Notes: generated by a model not told the origin, from the letters alone. A DNA stretch of 36,187 nucleotides from Candidatus Altiarchaeota archaeon (GCA_034716875.1 JAYEKX010000097.1:1-36187), one strand, 5' to 3'; numbered from the stretch's first letter, positions 7,914 to 15,009 are shown. Made by a program: numbers and translations.

Positions 7914-8948
7914 ATGGTCAACGAAGAAAAACAAAAAAGAAAAAATAATGATGAGCTTGTGATTGATAATTTTCTTCATGCCAAAGTTAGTGTGCATACC
8001 CTTTCTGGAAGTTGGATGAAGAACTTTTTAGCCTTTTCAATCTTTTTTGTTATATTGTTTTATCTGGTAACTGAGGGTAAGCCGGTGGACATAAATGCGC
8101 TTTCTACGTTAAAGTCTGCAGCTTTAGGTTTGTTATCTGTCGCTTCTACAGTGCTCTTTCTTGCTTTTCTTTTTTGCGTTTATACAAAATATATCTTTTT
8201 GGGCCTTATTTTGCGATTAACTTCTCAAGATGTTGTTTCCACGCTTCTTATCGAACTCGTTGAAGAAAGATTAAGGTACAACTATCTGCGTGGTGTGCAA
8301 TACAAAAAAGTAAACAATTTATTGGATGACATACATTCTGAGTTAGAACGTATAACAAATAAACTGGATAGATATGATAAAAACTCAATAGATCAAATTA
8401 AGGAGGATATTTATGGCATCAAATGCCTTTTTTCTCGTGATGGAGCTATCTCAAATTTGATTTTTCTTTGCTCTATTGATAGTTTTCTTGAAATTAAAGA
8501 TGATTTGATTGACATATCCAAAAAAATTAAAAAAGAGGATTATGCTGCTCTTAGATTTACCCCAAAAAAGCTTAAAGAAAAAATAGATGACTTAGACGAA
8601 TATCGGAAAAAAGTTCCGCAAGAAACTAAAATACATCCAGTTAAACATTGGTTATCTACAATTTGGACCAAATTAGCCTTCTATTTAGGAGATAAAGAGC
8701 TGGTGATACGAATTGCAAGCCTAATAAAGGCTTATGAGCAACTTGCTTTAACGCTCATTTCATTGGTTTCACTTTTATTTCTTTCAGCATTAGTTCTCCT
8801 TGGTCATGGTGAGTGGGACACACTTGACTTTTGGATAGGATTCCTATATAAAGGACTCATACCCACAACTTTAGTAATTCTGACTTACAAAATATTTATG
8901 TTCATACTAACAAATCTTACGAGTTTTTCTGATGACTATGATTATTAG
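7914..8948 (+). CDS. multi-pass membrane protein with a central charged helical region (function unknown; candidate effector)
   Basis: 344 aa. Hydrophobic segments are FLAFSIFFVILFYLV, AALGLLSVASTVLFLAFLFCVYTKYIFLGLIL, LALTLISLVSLLFLSALVLLG and LIPTTLVILTYKIFMFILT. A ~170-aa K/E/D-rich helical stretch lies between them. The start is uncertain (ATG 7914 or the later ATG giving MKNFLAF). Confidence 0.55.
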   Translation: MVNEEKQKRKNNDELVIDNFLHAKVSVHTLSGSWMKNFLAFSIFFVILFYLVTEGKPVDINALSTLKSAALGLLSVASTVLFLAFLFCVYTKYIFLGLILRLTSQDVVSTLLIELVEERLRYNYLRGVQYKKVNNLLDDIHSELERITNKLDRYDKNSIDQIKEDIYGIKCLFSRDGAISNLIFLCSIDSFLEIKDDLIDISKKIKKEDYAALRFTPKKLKEKIDDLDEYRKKVPQETKIHPVKHWLSTIWTKLAFYLGDKELVIRIASLIKAYEQLALTLISLVSLLFLSALVLLGHGEWDTLDFWIGFLYKGLIPTTLVILTYKIFMFILTNLTSFSDDYDY

Positions 8949-8998
8949 AAAGGATTATTTATCTAACTATCTAATCCAAACCTTTTCTTCTGGTCCCG

Positions 8999-9061
8999 CC
9001 TTCAATTATTTATACGTATTTTAAGTATATATCGATTTCGTTTTATTTATCCTTCCCTTTC
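8999..9061. repeat. 63-bp direct repeat, copy 1
   Basis: CCTTCAATTATTTATACGTATTTTAAGTATATATCGATTTCGTTTTATTTATCCTTCCCTTTC. Identical to 10553-10615 except A9005 versus G10559. Confidence 0.95.
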
Positions 9062-9062
9062 G

Positions 9063-9158
9063 GAGGCGTTTGAGAAGTTAAAGGGCTTGAAAACAGAAGA
9101 CAAACACCTTCATAAATGGATCAACAAGGCTTTAGACGACCTGAGGAACGAAGATTGA
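9063..9158 (+). pseudogene. start-less gene fragment truncated at the repeat boundary
   Basis: The frame reads EAFEKLKGLKTEDKHLHKWINKALDDLRNED*. It continues upstream through the repeat with no ATG, GTG or TTG back to the stop at 8964-8966. This looks like a relic cut at the 9061/9062 junction. Confidence 0.3.
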
Positions 9159-9419
9159 ACAAATCGTTCCGAAGCGAAGCCTTCAAATCAGAATATAAGC
9201 TCATCTGTCCGTGAAGGTTACGAAAACAAGTGAGGAATGAACGCAGTTTGAGTAAGCTTGACGGATCTTCTTATACGCATTGATTATAGTTTCGTTGCAG
9301 ATCTACAGTCGATTTTAAGTGTTTTCTGCACAGCCGACTTCAATCCTTTGCCATAGTCTTTGTAATCCCATACCTTTTTGATACTAAATCAGAAACCTTA
9401 GCTGAAGCGCCAGAATAGG

Positions 9420-10049
9420 TCAAATCCTTGCAGAAGCATCTCCTTCAAAATCTAATGCACCGTCGTTTGCTACAATTGCCGATAAGGAAGGAGATGCTAA
9501 TGGTTCTTTTGAATAAATTAATTCCCTAATCGATCTTGCTGCATGTTCATGGGACTTTTTAACAGCCTCATCCACACTTTTACCTTTGAGTAGCTCTCTC
9601 ATTATCACATTTGAACCCTCAAGTATTGGTTTAGCGACTGGATCTAGCAGAGGATTGCACTCCCATTTATGCTGTCTTGCTATCCAAAATTTCTTTTTAT
9701 ATCCTATAAAACTACGACATCCCTTTTCTACTGCTTCCGGCCCCAACTCAACTAAGCATTCACAAGCTCTGGTATATGCAATTGTACCCTTGAAAACATC
9801 TGCAGAATCCAGATTAATGAATTCTTTTTTTTGATTGTTAATTAAACTGTTTTTACTGCCATGCCCATTAAAGAAAATTAAACTTGGTTGTCTCTTCTTT
9901 ACCCTCCCCCTAAGATTTCTCTCAGTTATATCGCCACCCTCAATTTTATTAACGATAAAATCTCTTACTTCTGCCTCCTCTATGATGGCATTAGACCACT
10001 TAAAAAGATAGCTTGTTTGGATATCGTGATTCGTTCTTATGATAATCAT
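9420..10049 (-). CDS. minimal caspase-like (clan CD-type His-Gly / Cys dyad) protein, putative cysteine peptidase
   Basis: 209 aa. Hydrophobic strand plus SLIFFNGHGS (H63) and TIAYTRACEC (C96), each following a beta-strand-like stretch. The N-terminal MIIIRTNHD strand plus helix layout resembles the caspase/gingipain/CHAT fold. This rests on pattern recognition only. Confidence 0.45.
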   Translation of the reverse strand: MIIIRTNHDIQTSYLFKWSNAIIEEAEVRDFIVNKIEGGDITERNLRGRVKKRQPSLIFFNGHGSKNSLINNQKKEFINLDSADVFKGTIAYTRACECLVELGPEAVEKGCRSFIGYKKKFWIARQHKWECNPLLDPVAKPILEGSNVIMRELLKGKSVDEAVKKSHEHAARSIRELIYSKEPLASPSLSAIVANDGALDFEGDASARI

Positions 10050-10058
10050 CGTAATAAC

Positions 10059-10337
10059 TCAGAAGTCAATGGATTCATCAAGTATCGTTGACATTTTTCT
10101 GATGAAGTTAATCTGCATATCTATTGTCTCTTTACCCACCTCTGATTCGTCTTCTACCTCCCGGATCAATTCATCCCTAGTGAAATCTCCAAAACTGCCA
10201 ATCGAAAAACTGACATCTGGAGGCATGGCATAGAGTCTCTCCTTCACCAGTTTTTTGAGATATTCAATATCAGCAAAAGGGGATTCACCCCTCTTGTCTG
10301 AGTGAAAAGATGAAATCTTTTTCTTGTCTTCAGTCAT
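10059..10337 (-). CDS. small acidic hypothetical protein (middle gene of the 3-gene cassette)
   Basis: 92 aa. Its ATG directly abuts the TAA of the upstream 66-aa ORF (TAAATG). A 9-nt gap separates it from the downstream caspase-like ORF. No motif recognised. Confidence 0.5.
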   Translation of the reverse strand: MTEDKKKISSFHSDKRGESPFADIEYLKKLVKERLYAMPPDVSFSIGSFGDFTRDELIREVEDESEVGKETIDMQINFIRKMSTILDESIDF

Positions 10338-10538
10338 TTATAACACCCCGATTTCTTTCAGACGCTCCAATAGTACAGCTGCTTTTTCAGTATTATGCAT
10401 AATTTCGGCTTTTGCAGTAGACCAATTAAACGTATCCTCACCTATGACGACAATTATCTCCTTTCTTAGGGGCTGTGGAACATTAGCAAATGTCCGTAAG
10501 AATTTTGCCTTTAACTCCTGATATTCATTATCATCCAT
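10338..10538 (-). CDS. small hypothetical protein (first gene of the 3-gene cassette)
   Basis: 66 aa. The ATG at 10538 lies 14 nt from repeat copy 2. On the minus strand, a TATAAATA element in that repeat sits about 27-30 nt upstream of the ATG, which suggests a leaderless or near-leaderless mRNA. Confidence 0.5.
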   Translation of the reverse strand: MDDNEYQELKAKFLRTFANVPQPLRKEIIVVIGEDTFNWSTAKAEIMHNTEKAAVLLERLKEIGVL

Positions 10539-10552
10539 CGTCTAAATCCCCC

Positions 10553-10615
10553 CCTTCAGTTATTTATACGTATTTTAAGTATATATCGATTTCGTTTTAT
10601 TTATCCTTCCCTTTC
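10553..10615. repeat. 63-bp direct repeat, copy 2 (probably carries the promoter of the minus-strand cassette)
   Basis: 62/63 identical to 8999-9061. A/T-rich with several TATA-like elements on both strands. Confidence 0.95.
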
Positions 10616-10838
10616 CTCCAGCAGATTGCATATTTCCTTAATTAATCAGAAAACAAAGCAGAAAAAGCCGGATCATACCAATTTAACGTGTTTAAACCCA
10701 AATTCTAATAATATAACACTGTTAGGGATTTAGACCTTTAGGCTTATCCCCCTCCGGGGGGCTTATGTATCTTTCTTTCCACATCCACCCTGTCTGATAA
10801 TGAGGGGATTATTTACATGTTAATACGAATATATCTAT

Positions 10839-12059
10839 ATGGATGCAGTAATCTTGGCGGCGGGTGAAGGCACTCGACTTAGGCCACTGACTTCCACCCG
10901 GCCGAAGCCTATGCTGCCGGTCGCTGGAAAAACCATACTGGAGTGGGATCTTCAAGCATTATCCAGGAACGGAGTCAGTAAAGCCCTAATTGTTGTCGGC
11001 TACAAGAAAGAAGCCATAATCAACTACTTCGGTAAAAGATTTAGCGGAGTCAAACTAGAATATGTGAACCAGAAGGAGCAGCTTGGAACCGCCCACGCCG
11101 TCTCAACAGCCGAAGGTAAAGTAAAAAATGAGTTTCTGGTTATGAACGGTGACCTGCCCGTGTCCGAGAAACTGATTACTAACTTCATTAGAGACCATAA
11201 CAAAAACAAGTCCCAAAATAGCATGTGTTTGGTTGAGGTTAAAGACCCCTCCGAGTTCGGGATTGTGCAATTAAAAGGGTCTTTAGTGAAAAAAATAACG
11301 GAAAAACCAAGGAAATCAAAAAGCAGGCTAGCTAATGCAGGAATCTACATCTTCAATGAAGAAATCTTTAATGCAATAAAAAAAGTGAAGAAATCCAGTC
11401 GCTTTGAGTATGAATTAACCGACGCCATTAAAACCATGATCCCCCACAAAAAGATTCATGGCTTTAAAGCAAAAGATAGATGGATCGACATCGGTAGACC
11501 ATGGGACCTGTTAGAGGCGAATGAAGCAGTCCTTAAGGAAATGAAGCTGAAGAAAGATAAGGGAGTACAAATAGAGCAGTTTACGGTAATCAAAGGAGAG
11601 GTTCATATCGGAAACGGGACCCTGATAAAATCAGGTTCATACATAGAAGGACCCTGTTATATCGGAGAAAACTGCACCGTAGGACCTAACTGCTACATAA
11701 GACCCCACTCCTCGATAAAGGATAACGTGCATATCGGAAATGCTGTGGAGATAAAAAATTCCATTATCATGTCCGGAACAAATGTAGGACACCTATCCTA
11801 CGTAGGGGATAGTATCATTGGAGAGGACTGCAACTTCGGTGCAGGAACCAAGGTAGCGAATTTGAGAGTGGATGACGACGAGATTAAGGTAGAGATAAAA
11901 AATAAACTAACCAAATCCGGGAGACGGAAATTCGGCTGTTTAATGGGGGATAATGTGAAAACAGGGATTAATGTCTCCATAATGCCTGGCCGCTCCATCT
12001 ACCCTAAAGCCTATGTTGAAGCCGGCAGTATTGTTAGGAACACCATCTACAGTGAATAA
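10839..12059 (+). CDS. bifunctional sugar-1-phosphate nucleotidylyltransferase / acetyltransferase (archaeal GlmU-like)
   Basis: 406 aa. N-terminal AILAAGEGTRLRPLTSTRPKPMLPVAGK nucleotidyltransferase motif. C-terminal left-handed beta-helix hexapeptide repeats (IGENCTVGPNCYI..IGNAVEIKNSII..VGHLSYVGDSIIGEDCNFGAG). Confidence 0.85.
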   Translation: MDAVILAAGEGTRLRPLTSTRPKPMLPVAGKTILEWDLQALSRNGVSKALIVVGYKKEAIINYFGKRFSGVKLEYVNQKEQLGTAHAVSTAEGKVKNEFLVMNGDLPVSEKLITNFIRDHNKNKSQNSMCLVEVKDPSEFGIVQLKGSLVKKITEKPRKSKSRLANAGIYIFNEEIFNAIKKVKKSSRFEYELTDAIKTMIPHKKIHGFKAKDRWIDIGRPWDLLEANEAVLKEMKLKKDKGVQIEQFTVIKGEVHIGNGTLIKSGSYIEGPCYIGENCTVGPNCYIRPHSSIKDNVHIGNAVEIKNSIIMSGTNVGHLSYVGDSIIGEDCNFGAGTKVANLRVDDDEIKVEIKNKLTKSGRRKFGCLMGDNVKTGINVSIMPGRSIYPKAYVEAGSIVRNTIYSE

Positions 12060-12064
12060 AAAAA

Positions 12065-12529
12065 ATGTGGGATAAACTATTGGTTGCATTGGTTTTGATT
12101 ATATATCTAAGCAATTTCGCAGCCGCAGAGGATAAACTAAAGCCGGTTATAGATGAAGTCTGCAGTGTTATACTCGCAGTCTCCGGGGGATTAGGCGATA
12201 TATTCTTCTCCCTCCTCCCCTCATTCAAGGAGTCTCTAGCCGAGACGATGGAGTTCATTGACCGAACTTTTCCCTTCATGGAGGATTTTCATTGGGTGTT
12301 CTACCTAGCAATATTTCTTGCGGTGATGGCGGTGCTTTCAAAATTATGGAAAATCTCGAGGCATTATATATGGAATTCAATCACTGGAATAATCCTGCTC
12401 CTGATATTGATCCATGTATTGTATGTGGAGATTAAGATAACTCTATTGACGTTGATTATAGTGGCCCTCTTCGGGGTTCCAGGTGTTTTATTTACTTTGA
12501 TAATGCATTACCTCAAGATTGTTATTTGA
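12065..12529 (+). CDS. hypothetical membrane protein
   Basis: 154 aa. Has a signal/TM-like N-terminus and 3-4 further hydrophobic segments. Starts 5 nt after the GlmU-like gene. Confidence 0.5.
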   Translation: MWDKLLVALVLIIYLSNFAAAEDKLKPVIDEVCSVILAVSGGLGDIFFSLLPSFKESLAETMEFIDRTFPFMEDFHWVFYLAIFLAVMAVLSKLWKISRHYIWNSITGIILLLILIHVLYVEIKITLLTLIIVALFGVPGVLFTLIMHYLKIVI

Positions 12530-12587
12530 TTAATGTGTCCCTGCTTTATTATCTTCTTTAAGTCTGGGATAACCCAGGTTTGTGAAA

Positions 12588-13820
12588 ATGTTTGTTGGTG
12601 TTGATGATACGGACTCTTTGGAGGGTGGGTGTACTACGTATTTGGCAGCATTGCTGTGCGAGAAGTTAGGCACTACAAAACTTCCTAAACTGATCAGGCT
12701 AAACCCAAACATCCCCTATAAAACCCGGGGCAATGGTGCAGTAGCCCTAGAGGTTTCTGATGAAAACCCTGATGAGATGAAAGAGACTGTTCTGAAATAT
12801 GTGAGGAAACACTCTCATCTAAAAAATAAGGAGACTAACCCTGGCGTGGCCTTTCTTGAGAGAGGAAACTATGATCGACTTCCGGTTCTTAACGAATTCT
12901 ATAAAAACGCAGTATCCAAACTGGTTCAGATAAAGGATGCGGAAGAGGCGGCAGGAAAAGCAGGTGCAGTAATCCATAAATTCAGGAACGGGAGGGGAAT
13001 CATAGGTGCTTTAGCAGCTATCGGAGCAGACCTAAGCAGGGATAAAACATACGAGCTCATCGCCTATAGGGAAGGAAGGAATTACGGGAAGAGAAAGAAG
13101 GTTGATAAGGAATCCGTATTTAAAATGAACCGGGAGACCTACCCGGAAACCTTTGACAGTATTGATCCTGAGAAGGGGCAGGTTCTCATAACACCCCACG
13201 GTTATGACCCTGTTTTTTGCGGAATCCGTGGGGAAAGCCCGGGGGTAGTAACGAAGGCATTCAAACTCATAAAGCCGTTGGAGGAAATAGAGCGAACCCA
13301 GGTTTTTGAAACTAATCAGGGGACAGACGCTCACCTGATTAACAAGAAAATATCTGAGTTGAGACCGTATGACTGCGCCATACTACTTGGGGAGGTGTTA
13401 AAGAAACCGGAGTCTATAGAGGGTGGTCACATAATCTTTAAACTGAGAGATGACTCGGGAGAGATAGACTGCGCAGCGTATCAGCCGACGGGAGGATTCA
13501 GGGATACAGTAAGACAACTTATCCCGGGGGATATGGTGAGGGCTTACGGCGGAATCGGGAAATACCCTGACACAATCAATCTGGAGAAGATAATGGTTAT
13601 GGAACTTAAAACGTGCTTTAAAATAAATGCTCCACTCTGTTGTGGGCGAAGGATGACTTCAGCCGGAAAGGATAAAGGCTTTAAGTGCAGGAAATGCAAA
13701 AAGAGGTTGGGGGAGGATGCAGTCATCCGCATGGAAACATCCAGGGATTTGAAACAGGGATTCTATGAGGTCCCGCCGAGAGCGAGAAGACATCTGAGTA
13801 AGCCGTTAATCAGGATTTAA
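12588..13820 (+). CDS. tiaS: tRNA(Ile2) 2-agmatinylcytidine synthetase
   Basis: MFVGVDDTDSLEGGCTTYLAALL...LIRLNPNIPYKTRGNGAVAL is the TiaS (DUF1743) N-terminus. It is followed by an OB-fold region and a C-terminal Zn-ribbon (CCGRRM..CRKCKK). The start was set to ATG 12588. Confidence 0.85.
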   Translation: MFVGVDDTDSLEGGCTTYLAALLCEKLGTTKLPKLIRLNPNIPYKTRGNGAVALEVSDENPDEMKETVLKYVRKHSHLKNKETNPGVAFLERGNYDRLPVLNEFYKNAVSKLVQIKDAEEAAGKAGAVIHKFRNGRGIIGALAAIGADLSRDKTYELIAYREGRNYGKRKKVDKESVFKMNRETYPETFDSIDPEKGQVLITPHGYDPVFCGIRGESPGVVTKAFKLIKPLEEIERTQVFETNQGTDAHLINKKISELRPYDCAILLGEVLKKPESIEGGHIIFKLRDDSGEIDCAAYQPTGGFRDTVRQLIPGDMVRAYGGIGKYPDTINLEKIMVMELKTCFKINAPLCCGRRMTSAGKDKGFKCRKCKKRLGEDAVIRMETSRDLKQGFYEVPPRARRHLSKPLIRI

Positions 13821-13870
13821 AGGAGTTGCTTGAATCAGCTATGGCGTTGATCACCTTCGAGAAATACTAG

Positions 13871-14026
13871 TTAGAATATGTTATCTCTCCTCCAGTGCCT
13901 GTTTGATTTAGGGCTGTCTCTCACCTTCCTGTTGGTTTTAGCGAAAACCCAGAAGGGAGCCCTTTTTCTCTTCCTATTCTCCCTGCTAAGAATCACCTTC
14001 TTCTCAACTGTTTTATTACGAGCCAT
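13871..14026 (-). CDS. rpl39e: 50S ribosomal protein L39e
   Basis: The internal Met of the 76-aa track ORF gives MARNKTVEKKVILSRENRKRKRAPFWVFAKTNRKVRDSPKSNRHWRRDNIF (51 aa). This is the eL39 pattern (MARNKP...P.WV..KTNR.V......RHWRR). Confidence 0.85.
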   Translation of the reverse strand: MARNKTVEKKVILSRENRKRKRAPFWVFAKTNRKVRDSPKSNRHWRRDNIF

Positions 14027-14070
14027 TGTCTTTATGTAATTAGAGTTCATAGATAAATACCGGAAGAAAA

Positions 14071-15006
14071 ATGTTTTGTCCCAAGTGCGGAAGAGAAACA
14101 AGAGAGAAGGGGTTATGCAGGGACTGTTTTTTAAAAGCCCATCCCATTGGAATTAAGAAGGTGACTCTTCCGTTATGTAAATGCGGGAGGTATCTCTATC
14201 GAGGTAGATGGATTCCTGACCTAAATGATTCCTTAGAGAAGATAGTGAGGGATAATCTTGTTCTTCCTCTGGGGGTTGAGGTGAGGGCTTTAGATATAAA
14301 ACCAGTGTTTAAGGGAAATAAAATCCTGTTGGAGATTCATGTGACCGGGGAGTATGGGGGGGGTGGATTCAGGGAGGAGATTCAGGCTGAAGTCAGGATC
14401 CAGTCAACGGTTTGTCCCGCATGCAGTAGAATATCCGGCGGTTATTATGAGGCGGTTCTACAGGTCAGGACAGCGTTTGACCCCCTAAAGATGCTTGACT
14501 CAGAGTTCATATCTAAAGTAGAGAGTGTTCGGGGAGGCTTTGATGTGTATGTTACTTCATCCAATTACGCCAGGAAGGTTTCCAGCGAGTTGAGCAAGAA
14601 GGGTTTTTTAGTGAAGGAATCCAAGAAACTGGTTGGGATGAGGAAAGGCGAAATCCTGTATCGCGGCTTTACCTCGATTAAGTCCCCTAAATTTCGGGTT
14701 GGTGATTTCCTGGGATACAGAAACAAGATTTTGCAGGTGTTAAAGCTGGGGAAGTCTGTCCACTGCAGGAATATCAGAGAAAGGAAGACCTTGATGATGC
14801 CTCTGCCTAAGCTGCAGCGGGCTGAATTAATAGCCCCCAGAGAGGATGTCCGGAAGGCATTGGTTTCCTCAGTAGCCCCGAACTGGATTCAAGTCATGGA
14901 CTTAGAGAGCTTTAAAACCTTTGAGCTGCCTGGGACGTTTAAGGGGTTAAAGGAGAAGGATGAGGTGGAGTATCTCAAGGTCGGGAGGGATGTTTACCTG
15001 CTGTAG
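14071..15006 (+). CDS. NMD3-family protein (archaeal ribosome-associated Zn-ribbon protein)
   Basis: 311 aa. N-terminal MFCPKCGRE..GLCRDCF...LPLCKCGRYLYRGRW double CxxC arrangement typical of archaeal NMD3 homologues. Confidence 0.6.
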   Translation: MFCPKCGRETREKGLCRDCFLKAHPIGIKKVTLPLCKCGRYLYRGRWIPDLNDSLEKIVRDNLVLPLGVEVRALDIKPVFKGNKILLEIHVTGEYGGGGFREEIQAEVRIQSTVCPACSRISGGYYEAVLQVRTAFDPLKMLDSEFISKVESVRGGFDVYVTSSNYARKVSSELSKKGFLVKESKKLVGMRKGEILYRGFTSIKSPKFRVGDFLGYRNKILQVLKLGKSVHCRNIRERKTLMMPLPKLQRAELIAPREDVRKALVSSVAPNWIQVMDLESFKTFELPGTFKGLKEKDEVEYLKVGRDVYLL

Positions 15007-15009
15007 TGC

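Noticed and set aside
7876-7916. The idea that slippage in the G10 tract fuses the Zn-ribbon-like ORF to the downstream membrane protein ORF B.
   Set aside because: The frame of ORF B contains a TAA at 7890-7892, downstream of the G-run. No frameshift within the homopolymer can join the two reading frames.
7767-7997. 76-aa minus-strand ORF between island genes A and B.
   Set aside because: The translation is hydrophobic and low-complexity. It is antisense to the Zn-ribbon-like frame and to the start of ORF B, and has no upstream signals. It is probably spurious.
10339-10538. Calling the 66-aa and 92-aa cassette proteins a toxin-antitoxin pair.
   Set aside because: I recognise no toxin or antitoxin family motif (PIN, RelE, HEPN, MNT, RHH, AbrB, HTH) in either sequence. 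Small size and coupling alone are insufficient, so they are kept as unknown partners of the caspase-like gene.
8999-10615. The 63-bp repeats as a CRISPR array or a MITE.
   Set aside because: There are only two copies, 1.5 kb apart, with protein-coding genes between them. The unit has no internal palindromic structure typical of CRISPR repeats and no terminal inverted repeats.
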